A DNA stretch of 64,000 bases from Vulcanimicrobiota bacterium. GTDB taxonomy: Bacteria; Vulcanimicrobiota; Vulcanimicrobiia; Eremiobacterales; Eremiobacteraceae. How positions within the stretch are numbered: the first letter of the stretch is position 1; each line of letters begins with the position of its first letter. This document shows, one piece after another, positions 44,945 through 56,849 of the stretch. The stretch covers positions 96,001-160,000 of the forward strand of contig CAWDVP010000006.1 in the NCBI GenBank assembly GCA_963805945.1, given 5' to 3'. A model generated the notes under the pieces. It was not told where the DNA came from and did no database searches. It worked only from the letters and a program-made list of their open reading frames with translations. Both the position numbers and the translations under genes were made by a program.

Positions 44945-46538
44945 CTACTTCGCAAGCGTCAATTCCTGGAACAGCTCGGCGCTGTCGGGATGCGGCACGA
45001 AACCCTCCACCCGCTTGTTGAACGCGATCGGCGGACTGGTGTGCACGAGCGGCACGCACGGCGCTTGATCGTGCACCAGCTGCAACGCCTGATCGTAGAT
45101 CTGCGTCCGCTTGGCCTTGTCGGTGACGACCTGTGCCTCGGTTGACAGCGTGTGGAAGCGCTCGTCCTTCCAGAAGCAGACGTTCTGCGCGCCGGGAGTG
45201 TTGGCGCCGTCTTTGTCCAGCAGCACGTAGAGGAAGTTGTCGGGGTCCCCGTTGTCGCCCGTCCAGCCGAAGAGCGCCATGCTCGCCTCGGCGTTCTGGA
45301 CGCGCTGGAGATACACGCCCCACTCGAAGCCTTCGAGCTTCGCGTTGATCCCAACGGCTTTCAGGTCCGCTTGGATGGCCTCTGCGACGCGCTGCGGCTG
45401 CGGCAGATACGGCCGTGGCACCGTCATATACCACAGCGAGGTCGAGAAGCCGTTGGCGAAACCCGCCTTCGCGAGCAGCTTGCGCGCATCCGCCGGATCG
45501 TACGGATACGCGACCGTGACCCCGTGCGGCCAGATCGCCGCGGGCAAGAACTCATTCGCCTGTTGCGCCGCGGGGTCGTAGAAGTTCTTCACGATCGACT
45601 TCGCGTCGATCGCCTCGTTGATGGCGCGTCGCACCAGCACGTTGTTAAACGGCGGCTTCATGTTGTTCATCGCCAGATACATGATGTTGTTCGGCGGCAT
45701 ATGATACAGCTTGAGGTTGGGGTCTTTCTCGATCGTCGGCAGATCATTGGGCTGCGGGTATTCCCAGCCATCGATCTCGCCCTTCTGCAGCGCGATGAGG
45801 CTCGTCGCCGCATCGGGGATATCGCGTATGATGACCGTGTGGATCTGCGGCTTGGGCGCCCCAGTAGCCGTCAAAGGCCTTGAGCGTGATGTGGTCGTCC
45901 TTCACCCACTCGGTCACCTGATACGGTCCCGTGCCGACGGGCTCGCGGAAATAGTCTTCACCTTTGGCTTTCATCGCGGCGGGCGAGGAGATCGAGAACG
46001 TCGGCATCGCGAGGTTCGCGAGCATCGGCGCGACCGGTTTCGTGAGGACGATCTGCACCTTGTCCGGCGCGAGCACCCGGACGTCGGCGATCACGCCGGG
46101 GAAACCGCCGAACTGGCTCTCGTAATACGAATAGTCGCCTTTGAGCGCGACGTGCAGCGGATCGTTCTTCAGGCGCCAGCGGTCGAAATTCGTCTTCACT
46201 GCGGCAGCGTCGAAGTCGGTGCCGTCCTGGAACTTGACGCCCTTGCGCAGCATGAACGTCCATATCTTGCCGTCCGGCGACACCGTCCAGGACGTGGCCA
46301 GCGAGGGCTGGATGTCAAACGATGCGGGCGCGTAGCGCGTGAGCCCTTCCATGGTGACGCGCGCGATGTTGAGCGACATGCCGTCGGTCACCACCGCCGG
46401 GTCAAGCCGCACTGCGTCCTTGTTGCGCCCGAACACCAGCGTGTCGCCTGAATTCTGATTCCCTCCGCCGCCGCAGCCTGCGAGGAGCACGGCCGCGAAA
46501 GCCAACGCCGCAATGACGCGATGCGCGCGAAGGATCAT
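44945..46538 (-). CDS. Peptide ABC transporter substrate-binding lipoprotein (DppA-like), apparent +1 frameshift at ~45860
   Basis: LAGC lipobox, LRKGVKFQDG, VGTGPY, VRRAINEAID. Confidence 0.88.
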
Positions 46539-46549
46539 GTCTGTCTGCC

Positions 46550-48121
46550 TCACTTGCTGGAGATGACGAAGGTCCATTGGAAGTCGAGCGTATTGCCGGC
46601 GACGTCGGCACCTTTCACCTGCACGCCGATGGTGCCCTCGTGCAGGTCCGCGGCCGGGAAGTATGAGATGAACGCGGCGGTCTTGGTCGCCTGCGCGGTG
46701 ACGTCTCTGCCGTCGACGATCAGCTGCAGCGTCGCCGGGTCCATGCCCTTGCCGCCGAGCGTCGAGAAGGTCACATAGATGCTCGGCCGCGCGGCGTTGA
46801 CGCGCGCGCCGGGACCGGGCGCCGTCTCTTTCACCTGCGGCGCATCGGTGATGATGGTGAGCGGGTCCGGCCCGACCGCATGCACGGTCTCGCCGCCCTT
46901 CGCCAGGTTGACGAGGATCGGCGCGTCGACGAGATTCGTGCCGACCTGCACGACGTACGAACCTTGATAGTGGCCGCTGCGCACCTCGCGCATCGGCGTG
47001 CCGTTGACCACATTGCTGAGATCGAAGGTCATCGTGCCGCCGGGGGTGCCGTCGGCTTCGACGTCGACGCTCTGGCCCAGACGATATGGATGGCGCGCGT
47101 TATCGGTGACGTCGCTGATCTGCAGGCCCGCGCTCGTCGCCGCGCCGGGCGGCGCCGTCGACGTCACCACCTCGCTCGCGCGGCCTGGCGTGAAGGCGAC
47201 GATCTCGCGCACCTTGCCCGTCTTGGGGTCGGCGCGCACGGTCACGATATTGCCCGCGCGCAGGTCCGCCATCGTCGCCGCTTTCCCGTCGAGCGAGACC
47301 GTCGTGCTGCGCTCGTCGGCGGCGATCACTTTGCCGTTGGTGAGCACCATGCTCTGCCCGGCCACGCTGGCGATCGTGCCGCTCGTGCCGGAGAAGATGT
47401 CCGCCACTGAGAGCACGCGGCCTTGCGCATCGAGCGTCGCGATGAGCGTGTCGCCCGGCTTCACCGCGGCGAGCGTGCCGTCGCCGGCGACGGTGCCGTG
47501 CGTGTCGCGGAACTGCACTTTGGTGTTGGCCGGCACGGTGACCGTGTACGTGAGGCCGCTGACGCTGATGTCGACCGACGGCACGTCCGCCGCGGCCGCC
47601 ACGCTGATGACCGTACCCTCGAGCGCGTTCGCCGAGCGTATCGGGGGCGGCGTCGGCATACCGTGCAGGTCGCCGCCGCCATGCAGCACGATCGTGGTCG
47701 CATGCGTCGCGGCGTCGTACGAGAGCTTGGCGCCGAGCGCATCGCTCAGACCGCGCAACGGCAGCATCACCGCGCCGTTCACCTGCCGCGCGGGCGCCTC
47801 GATCTTCTTCGTCTCGCCGTTGACCGTGACCGTCGGATCGTCGATGCGGAACACCATCTGCCGGAGCACGGTGGTCATGGTAACCTGCTTCGTCTTGGGG
47901 TCGTAGCGCACGTCGGCGCCGATAGCCGAGGCGACGGTGCGTAGGTCCACATACGTTCGGCCGGCCAACTCCACCACCGCCGCCGGCGGCAGGCTCGCGC
48001 CGTTGATGACGATCGTGTCGGCGGCACCAAGCGCTTGCAACGACACGAGGAGCACCAACGCGAGGACCATGTGGGGGCCGATCTTTAGATCGGCCCTCAA
48101 CCACCCGGATCTCACAGACAT
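46550..48121 (-). CDS. Secreted copper-amine-oxidase N-terminal (stalk) domain protein; start may be 48070
   Basis: YVDLR..A..IGA.V.YD, MLPLR..SDALGA motifs. Confidence 0.8.
   Translation of the reverse strand: MSVRSGWLRADLKIGPHMVLALVLLVSLQALGAADTIVINGASLPPAAVVELAGRTYVDLRTVASAIGADVRYDPKTKQVTMTTVLRQMVFRIDDPTVTVNGETKKIEAPARQVNGAVMLPLRGLSDALGAKLSYDAATHATTIVLHGGGDLHGMPTPPPIRSANALEGTVISVAAAADVPSVDISVSGLTYTVTVPANTKVQFRDTHGTVAGDGTLAAVKPGDTLIATLDAQGRVLSVADIFSGTSGTIASVAGQSMVLTNGKVIAADERSTTVSLDGKAATMADLRAGNIVTVRADPKTGKVREIVAFTPGRASEVVTSTAPPGAATSAGLQISDVTDNARHPYRLGQSVDVEADGTPGGTMTFDLSNVVNGTPMREVRSGHYQGSYVVQVGTNLVDAPILVNLAKGGETVHAVGPDPLTIITDAPQVKETAPGPGARVNAARPSIYVTFSTLGGKGMDPATLQLIVDGRDVTAQATKTAAFISYFPAADLHEGTIGVQVKGADVAGNTLDFQWTFVISSK
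48070..48096 (+). repeat. REP-like palindrome family B
   Basis: TGTGGGGGCCGATCTTTAGATCGGCCC. Confidence 0.8.
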
Positions 48122-49210
48122 TCTCTGTACACCGCCGCCGTGCGCCGGGCCGTCTCATCCCAGGAGAACGCCGCGGCGCGAGCACGCCCGCGGACGCGCA
48201 GCTCGTCGATCGCTGCGCCGCCGGCGAGGGCCGCCTCCATCGATGCGGCGAGCGCAGCGGCATCCCGCGGCGCGAACGTCAGCGCGGCGTCGCCCGCGAC
48301 CTCGAGCAACGCAGGCGTCTGCGCGACGATGACGGCCGCACCCGCGGCCATACCCTCAAGTACCGCCAAACCAAATCCTTCATACAACGATGGCTGCACG
48401 GTCGCAGCGCATCCCGCATAGAGCGCGACGAGCTCATCATCCGACACGCGACCGACTCGTACGATTCTGCCGCCGCTTTTGCCGTACCTATCCAAATCGA
48501 ATGAGAACGGATACTCTTCCGTCAGCACGAGATCGGCGGGCTGCCCGAGGCGCTGCCAAGCGGCCGTAAGCGTCTCCAGGTTCTTATGCTCCCGGTGATT
48601 GCCCGCGTAGAGCACGTACGGCCCGGCCAAGCCGAAGCGCTGCCGTGCCAGAGGCGCGAGCTCCTGGCGCTGTGCGTCGCTCAGCGTGAAGCGCTCGCCG
48701 ACCCCGAGGGGCACCACGCGCGCCATCGCGGGCGCGACCCCCAAGAAACGCTCGAGATCGGGCAGCGTCGCCTGCGCGTCGGTGATCACCGCGCACGCGC
48801 CCCGGGCGACCGGACCGGCCACAAAGCGGTAGTACGGCTGCACCTTCCATTTGAAGTAGTGCGGAAAGCGGCGGTGGATCAAGTCGTGGATGGTGTAGAC
48901 GTATGGCTTCGGGGTGGCGCGCGGCGCGTACACCGACATCAGATGGATCAGCGAGCGGCCGGTTTGCAGTCCGGCGAATTTGCGCGCTAAGCCGAACTGC
49001 TCGCCGAACGACCCGTTCGCGGCTTGCCGCTCCGGCACGGTGACCATGGCGCCGGCGCCGGCACCTCAAGGCAGCGGCGTTCGTGACGACGGTATAGTCG
49101 AATTCCGGCGCGACTGCGGGCAAGCGCCGCACGAACTCGCGCACGTAGGCGATCATGCCGACCGACATCTGACGCGTGATCCTCGCGTCCAGGATGATAC
49201 GCGGCTGCAT
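48112..49210 (-). CDS. Glycosyltransferase family 4, apparent +1 frameshift at ~49065
   Basis: IILDAR N-terminus; TIHDL, HKN, YEGFGL..LEGMA. Confidence 0.88.
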
Positions 49211-49980
49211 CAGGCACCGCCGCCGGCGTCGCGCGCCGCATCGCTTTCGCCGCCACCGCGACAGGATACAACGAGCTGCACCATGCGATGTAGACGCCGC
49301 GCCACCCGTCGAGGATCGCGCCGCGTCCGAGCAGCAGCCAGGCGAACCGCAGCGGAAAGATGGTCGATGTCCAGATCAGCCGCAACGGGTCTGCGGGCGA
49401 AGCAGAGGCTTCGAGATCCGTGTAGCGCGCGAACTTCGTCCCGGTATTCCGCGAGGCTCTCGTATGAATGGTGCTCGAGCGGCGACGCGAGCTCTCCGCA
49501 CGCGCCGTCGGGCACCCATGTCTCATGCACCGCCGCATCGCCGCCATGGCGCGCGGCGAGCGTCGCGTGGCCCGTCCGGAACAAGCGCACGAGCCGATCG
49601 GGCCACCAGCCCGCGCCGCGGATCCAATTGCCGCAGAAATAGTTGCGGCGGGGCACCGAATATGCCGCCGTCTGCGACGTCACGTCCAGCGACGTCAGCT
49701 CGAGTGAAAGCTCGGGTGTGATGAGTTCGTCCGCGTCGAGCATGAACGTCCAGGGCGTCGTCACCAGCGCCGCCGCGTCGAGCCGGCTCTGCGCGAAGCC
49801 TCGCCACGGCGCGTCGACGACACGTGCGCCCGCGTCGCGCGCGAGATCGGCGGTGCCGTCCGCCGATTGGGAATCGCACACCAGCGCGTTGCTGCCGGAC
49901 GGCAGCGACGCGAGACACCCTGTGATGCGCGGCGCCTCGTCCTTGGTGAGCACGACGAACGTGATATCTGAGGGATTCAC
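49210..49980 (-). CDS. Glycosyltransferase family 2, probable frameshift at ~49440
   Basis: DSQSADGT, LDADE, RLFR, VHE; AILDGWRG in alternative frame. Confidence 0.85.
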   Translation of the reverse strand: MNPSDITFVVLTKDEAPRITGCLASLPSGSNALVCDSQSADGTADLARDAGARVVDAPWRGFAQSRLDAAALVTTPWTFMLDADELITPELSLELTSLDVTSQTAAYSVPRRNYFCGNWIRGAGWWPDRLVRLFRTGHATLAARHGGDAAVHETWVPDGACGELASPLEHHSYESLAEYRDEVRALHGSRSLCFARRPVAADLDIDHLSAAVRLAAARTRRDPRRVARRLHRMVQLVVSCRGGGESDAARDAGGGA

Positions 49981-50007
49981 ATCATCCGATCCCTGGAGCG
50001 GTCGAAT

Positions 50008-50721
50008 TCAAAAGCAAACGAGGCCAGTCGGATACCAGGGTTGCGGAGGAGGACCTTCTCTTATGCGCCAGGCGATGCTGTGCCGCGCAGCCACAAGATC
50101 AGCGAAACCGAAAACCATCATCTTCGGCTCATACCCACCGATCGGCATGACCGTCTGTGTGTCCTTGTCATCCACCCGCACTTCGAGGCTCAGTCTATTT
50201 CCATTAGAGACCGCGTAGCGAGTTCCGAAGTCGAACTCGTCGACATCGAGGGCGAGCATGACCCTGTTGCGAAAGATCGCGATTTGACGAAGCGTCGCTA
50301 CCTGCCCGATATCAGTGATCGTGACGACCCGCTCGCCACAGGATGCGGCATCAAGAGAAATGCCCCCGACTGCGGGCTCGTTCCAGAGCGAGCATCGCAC
50401 GTTCTTGTAGTCTTGGTTCACCTCTCGCGGAATCAGACTTTCCGTCTCGACCTCGAGCATGGGCGTCTCTGAGAAGGGGAAGACGTATTCGCGCGCGACG
50501 ATGTTCCCCGAGCTGTCGGAGAAGGCGAACTCGACCACCGGCAGACCGTGGACCGCTGCGGTTCCGGGCTTGGCTAGAAGCAGACCATGCCAAAATCGGC
50601 AGTAAAAACCAGAACGGATCATTGTCTGAGCCGGAGAATCAGCCGCAATCGCGACCTGTGCCTGGGTAACGAGCAAGGCGAGGACGATGACCGCTACTAT
50701 CGAGGGATGAATCGTTCTCAT
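50008..50721 (-). CDS. Hypothetical secreted protein
   Basis: Signal peptide; lower GC; stop lies in a half family A element. Confidence 0.65.
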   Translation of the reverse strand: MRTIHPSIVAVIVLALLVTQAQVAIAADSPAQTMIRSGFYCRFWHGLLLAKPGTAAVHGLPVVEFAFSDSSGNIVAREYVFPFSETPMLEVETESLIPREVNQDYKNVRCSLWNEPAVGGISLDAASCGERVVTITDIGQVATLRQIAIFRNRVMLALDVDEFDFGTRYAVSNGNRLSLEVRVDDKDTQTVMPIGGYEPKMMVFGFADLVAARHSIAWRIREGPPPQPWYPTGLVCF

Positions 50722-50765
50722 CAGCCGAATCCGAGCAGGGGATCCTGCTCCGATGCCGTCTTGCG

Positions 50766-52454
<1,689 letters not shown>

Positions 52455-52550
52455 CTAGGAGTGCTGAGCGTGGGGGCGGCGCTGCTGCGCGTCGCCAGCG
52501 GCGATGCGGTCCGGCTGGAAACGGCTTTCCGGACGCACGTCATGTACTTG

Positions 52551-53492
52551 TCAATTCGTCTGCCCCGGTGGAACTCCTGCCGCAGCGCCCTCGGCCAGCC
52601 AATCGCGCGGCTGGAAGAACGCGAGCGCTTTCGCCTCGCGGCTGCCCGGCTGCGGCTGCCAGCTGTATTCCCAGCGCGCGATGGGCGGCAGCGACATGAG
52701 GATCGATTCGGTGCGGCCCTGCGTGGCGAGCCCGAACGCGGTGCCGCGGTCGTAGACGAGATTGAACTCGACGTAGCGGCCGCGCCGCAGTTGCTGGAAG
52801 CGCCGTTCCGGCTCGCCGAAGGGCTCCGCGCGGCGCCGCTGCGCGATCGGTGCGTATGCCGGCATGAACGCGTCGCCGCACTCGCGCACGAAGGCGAAAG
52901 TCGCGTCCAGATCGCCGCTGAGATCGTCGAAGAAGATGCCGCCGATGCCGCGTGCCTCGCGGCGATGCGGCAAGAAGAAATAGTCGTCGCACCAGCGCTT
53001 GAAGCGCGGGTAATACGATGAGTCGTGCCGATCGCAGACCTGCTTCCAGGTGGCATGGAAATGGCGCGCGTCCTCTTCGTACGGATACACGGGCGTGAGA
53101 TCCGAACCGCCGCCGAACCACGCGCCTGCGCCGCGCTCGAGATAGCGGAAGTTGGCGTGTACGGTGGGCACGAACGGGTTGCGCGGGTGGAGGACCACCG
53201 AACAGCCGGTGGCGACGAAGCGTCGCTCGGTGCCGCCGAGCCGTGACAGCGCGTGATCGTCGAAGTCGCCCCACACCGCCGACCAGTTCACGCCGCCTTT
53301 TTCGAAGAGATCGCCGTCCGCGATGACCGCACTATGTCCGCCGCCGCCTCCCGGACGATCCCATGCGTCGAACGTGAAGCGCGCCGCGCCGTCGAGCTCG
53401 GCGAGCTCTTCGCATAGGCGCGATTGGAGCGCGCGGAAGTTCGCCTGCACGCGCAGGCAGAAATCGCTGCCGCGACCGTCGCTCTCGCTCAT
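52551..53492 (-). CDS. hemF: Oxygen-dependent coproporphyrinogen III oxidase
   Basis: EKGGVN, HANFR, WFGGGSDLTP, RRGRYVEFNL. Confidence 0.96.
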   Translation of the reverse strand: MSESDGRGSDFCLRVQANFRALQSRLCEELAELDGAARFTFDAWDRPGGGGGHSAVIADGDLFEKGGVNWSAVWGDFDDHALSRLGGTERRFVATGCSVVLHPRNPFVPTVHANFRYLERGAGAWFGGGSDLTPVYPYEEDARHFHATWKQVCDRHDSSYYPRFKRWCDDYFFLPHRREARGIGGIFFDDLSGDLDATFAFVRECGDAFMPAYAPIAQRRRAEPFGEPERRFQQLRRGRYVEFNLVYDRGTAFGLATQGRTESILMSLPPIARWEYSWQPQPGSREAKALAFFQPRDWLAEGAAAGVPPGQTN

Positions 53493-54382
53493 GCCACGAT
53501 CACCATGCGTTCGAGGCCGGCTATGTCGTGCCGTATCTCGATGGAACGCTGTGGAAACGCTGCGCGCGCGATCGCTGCGAGGCCCGCTGCGTTTTTCGGC
53601 CCGCACTCGCAATAGATGCGGCCCGCGTCGCGCAAATGCGCCGGCGCAGTTGCGAACATGCGCCCGTATACTTCAAGCCCGTCGGCACCCGCGAAGAGCG
53701 CCTGCGCAGGCTCGTGCGCGCGGACGTCCGCGTGCAGCGCGGGATCCTCATCGCCGACGTACGGCAGGTTGGCGACGATGACGTCATACCGCTGCGCCGC
53801 CGGCACGGCGTCGAACAGATCCCCTGCGCGCAGACGTATCCTGTCGACGAGGCACAAAGCACCGATGTTCGCTCCCGCGACCTCGAGCGCCGCCGCGCTT
53901 GCGTCCGTCGCGGTGATGCTTGCGTCCGGCAACAGCTGCGCCAGCGCGCAGGCGATCGCACCGCTGCCCGTGCCGAGTTCGAGGATCTCCGGCGACGCGT
54001 GCCGCCAGTCGGCGGCGACCGCCGCGACGAGTTCTTCTGTTTCGGGGCGCGGCACCAGCACGCGGCGGTCCACCGCGATGCGGTTGCCGCAGAATTCCTT
54101 GAAGCCCACGAGATAAGCGACGGGCTCGCCTTGCGCGCGGCGCTCGGCGAGCGCGAACAGCTTCTCACGCCGCGCCGGCGCAAGCCGGTTGTCGCCATAC
54201 GCGACGATCGCCGACGCGTCCAATCCGGTGACGTGACTTGCCAAGATGCGCGCGTCGAGCCACGGCGTGTCCGAGATCCCGACGAGCCGGAGCCGGCACG
54301 TCTCCACCGCCCCCGCGATAGAGTCCGTAGCGGTCGAATTCATTCGACCGTACCCTTTCGCACGAAAGTCGGGGTTACGCAT
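53489..54382 (-). CDS. prmC: Release factor glutamine methyltransferase (start 54382 or 54343)
   Basis: GEPVAY, VPRPETE, GTGSG, NLPY. Confidence 0.93.
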   Translation of the reverse strand: MRNPDFRAKGYGRMNSTATDSIAGAVETCRLRLVGISDTPWLDARILASHVTGLDASAIVAYGDNRLAPARREKLFALAERRAQGEPVAYLVGFKEFCGNRIAVDRRVLVPRPETEELVAAVAADWRHASPEILELGTGSGAIACALAQLLPDASITATDASAAALEVAGANIGALCLVDRIRLRAGDLFDAVPAAQRYDVIVANLPYVGDEDPALHADVRAHEPAQALFAGADGLEVYGRMFATAPAHLRDAGRIYCECGPKNAAGLAAIARAAFPQRSIEIRHDIAGLERMVIVA

Positions 54383-55490
54383 CGCCGCTGAGCCGCTTGC
54401 GTTCCTCTTCGGTGAGCAGCGCATCGACGACGCCGTCGAGGTCGCCCGCGAGGATCGCCTTGAGATTGCCGGTGGTGAAGCCCACGCGATGGTCGGTGAG
54501 CCGGTCTTGCGGAAAATTGTAGGTCCGGATCTTCTCGCTGCGGTCGCCGGTGCCGACCTGCGAGCGACGAGCGGACGCGGTCGCCTCTTCCTGCTCGCGC
54601 AGCTTCGCCTCGTAGAGGTGCGCGCGCAACAGTTGCATGGCGCGCTCGCGGTTCTGCAGCTGCGAGCGCTCTTCCTGACAGGCGACGACGACCCCGGTCG
54701 GCTTGTGGGTGATGCGGATCGCCGACTCGGTCTTGTTGACGTGCTGGCCGCCGGCGCCGGACGCGCGATACGTGTCCACCTGGAGGTCGGCCGGGTTGAT
54801 CTCGATCTCGACGGCGTCGACTTCCGGCAGCACCGCGACCGTCGCGGTGGAGGTGTGGATGCGGCCGCTGCCTTCGGTTTCAGGCACGCGCTGCACGCGA
54901 TGGACGCCGCTCTCGAACTTGAAACGCCGATAGGCTCCCGCGCCGCGCACCGCGACGACCGCTTCCTTATAACCGCCGGCCTCGTTCTCGGAGATGCTCA
55001 CGATCTCGGGTTTGAGGCGATGACGCTCCGCGAACTTCAGATACATGCGCATGAGGTCGCCGGCGAACAGGCCGGCTTCGTCGCCGCCGGTGCCGGCGCG
55101 AATCTCGATGAAGGTGTCTTTGTCGTCGTTGGGATCTTTCGGGATGAGCAGCGCGCGCATGCGCCCCTCGACGTCGATGATCTCCGCGCGCAGACGCGCG
55201 ATCTCGCCGTGCGCCATCTCCGCGATCGCGGGATCCGGGTCGCGTGTCATCGGCTCTGCCTGCGCGAGCTCGTCGTTGAGGGCTTGATACTGCTGATGCG
55301 CGAGCACCAACGGCTCGAGCTGCGCGCGTTCCTTGGAGAGCTTCTTGTTCTCTTCTGGATCGAAGGATGACGACATCGCCGCGAGCTTCGCGTTGATCTC
55401 GTCGAAGCGCGCGTCGACCGCGGCCAGGCGCGCAGAGAAAGGGCTGCGATCCCGGTCGCGGCCCTTGTCCTGGGGACCTGTGTTGTCCAT
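54375..55490 (-). CDS. prfA: Peptide chain release factor 1
   Basis: PET motif, GAGGQHVN, RTYNFPQ. Confidence 0.97.
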   Translation of the reverse strand: MDNTGPQDKGRDRDRSPFSARLAAVDARFDEINAKLAAMSSSFDPEENKKLSKERAQLEPLVLAHQQYQALNDELAQAEPMTRDPDPAIAEMAHGEIARLRAEIIDVEGRMRALLIPKDPNDDKDTFIEIRAGTGGDEAGLFAGDLMRMYLKFAERHRLKPEIVSISENEAGGYKEAVVAVRGAGAYRRFKFESGVHRVQRVPETEGSGRIHTSTATVAVLPEVDAVEIEINPADLQVDTYRASGAGGQHVNKTESAIRITHKPTGVVVACQEERSQLQNRERAMQLLRAHLYEAKLREQEEATASARRSQVGTGDRSEKIRTYNFPQDRLTDHRVGFTTGNLKAILAGDLDGVVDALLTEEERKRLSGDA

Positions 55491-55522
55491 AGCGTGCCGG
55501 GCGGGCTAAGGCCCGCCCTTTC

Positions 55523-56254
55523 TTATTTCGACTTCGCCGCCTTGGTCTTGGCGGTCGTCTTCTTCGCCTTTACCTCCGCGGCCGGTTTCTTGGCTGCTGC
55601 CGTCTTCGGCGCGGCCTTCTTCGGCGCATCGGCTTTCTTCGCCGTCGCTTTGGCCGTTGCGGGCTTGGCGGGTTTCTTGGCACTCTTCGGCTTGGCTGCT
55701 GCGACCTCTTCGATCGTCACCGGAGCGGCCTGTGCGGCTTCGCTGGCCGGCTCCGCGACGACTTCGGCGTGCGCGTGCGGCGCGGCCGGCTCGTGCGCAT
55801 GCGCTGCTTCGTGCGCGGCCTTCGCCTCGGCGGCCTTGCGCGACTCTTCTTCTGCTTTGCGCTGCTTCTCGGCTTTCGCCGCGGCGCGCTCTGCTTCGGC
55901 CGCTTCGCGCTTGGAGGTCTCCGCGGCGCCGCGCGCGATCTGCTCGGCGGCCGCGACTGCGGTGGCCTCGGCAGCTTCTGCAGCAGCAGCATCGGCGGCG
56001 TCCTTGACCTGCTTGGCCTCGACCGCGGCTTTGGCTTTCTTCGACTTCTGGCTCTCGACGGTGCCGTATTTGGTCATGAACTTCTCGACGCGACCTTCGG
56101 TGTCGACGAATTTCTGCTTGCCGGTGAAGAACGGATGGCAATTCGAACAGATCTCGACGTGCAGCTTGTCCAGGGTGGAACCGGTTTTGAACGTATGGCC
56201 GCACGCGCAAACCACGGTGGCTTCAAACCACTTCGGGTGGATCTTTTCTTTCAC
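55523..56254 (-). CDS. rpmE: 50S ribosomal protein L31 with long Ala/Glu/Lys-rich C-terminal extension
   Basis: [35 protein letters not shown] then ~180 aa low-complexity tail. Confidence 0.93.
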   Translation of the reverse strand: MKEKIHPKWFEATVVCACGHTFKTGSTLDKLHVEICSNCHPFFTGKQKFVDTEGRVEKFMTKYGTVESQKSKKAKAAVEAKQVKDAADAAAAEAAEATAVAAAEQIARGAAETSKREAAEAERAAAKAEKQRKAEEESRKAAEAKAAHEAAHAHEPAAPHAHAEVVAEPASEAAQAAPVTIEEVAAAKPKSAKKPAKPATAKATAKKADAPKKAAPKTAAAKKPAAEVKAKKTTAKTKAAKSK

Positions 56255-56333
56255 GATGGGGGTCCTCTCTCGCGCTGCCCGGCAGGTAGTTCGGCGACAA
56301 TTGTCCCGCAACCGGCCACGTGCGCCAAAGGCT

Positions 56334-56363
56334 ACTATACCACACGCGTCAACCTGGCGTAAA
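56334..56363 (-). promoter_or_regulatory. Putative sigma70 promoter of rpmE
   Basis: TTTACG-N18-TATAGT with extended TG. Confidence 0.5.
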
Positions 56364-56453
56364 TGCTGGGGTCCAGGCCCTTTACGACATTGCCGCATGC
56401 GTGACAACAACAGCGCATTTTCGCGGGTCTTTTCGACCCCAAGGAGGACCGCC

Positions 56454-56747
56454 ATGGCCTGGCTACCACTCGTCGGCACCGTGATGGGGCTGATCACCAA
56501 CAAGGGCATCGATGCGGCGCAAAGCGCCATGCTCACCATGGACGAGACGCAGCAGCTGTTGCTGCAGGCCAGGCAGCTGCAGCATCAGGAGGCCATGGAC
56601 CAGCGCAGCGAGGTCTTCAACGAAGCCATCCAAGAGCGCTCCGAGCGCATGCGCGAACGCGGGCTGCTCGAAGATCTCGATATGACCGATCGCAAGATGG
56701 ACGACAAGATCACCAAGGAGTGGATCGGCCTGATCCGCGGCCAATAA
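56454..56747 (+). CDS. Hypothetical 97-aa helical protein
   Basis: AAGGAGG RBS; Gln/Glu/Arg-rich coiled-coil character. Confidence 0.8.
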   Translation: MAWLPLVGTVMGLITNKGIDAAQSAMLTMDETQQLLLQARQLQHQEAMDQRSEVFNEAIQERSERMRERGLLEDLDMTDRKMDDKITKEWIGLIRGQ

Positions 56748-56756
56748 CCTTCGAAA

Positions 56757-56783
56757 TGTAGGGGCCGATCTTTAGATCGGCCC
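56757..56783 (+). repeat. REP-like palindrome family B
   Basis: TGTAGGGGCCGATCTTTAGATCGGCCC. Confidence 0.85.
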
Positions 56784-56849
56784 TTTTCTTCGCCCGCACG
56801 CGCACGATTAGGGGACCGGCTGCGCGCGGCGCGAACGCAACCGGCAGCC

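Noticed and set aside
55494..56453. Long N-terminal extension of plus-strand ORF 55494-56747
   Set aside because: Antisense to rpmE; the real start is 56454 after the AAGGAGG RBS.
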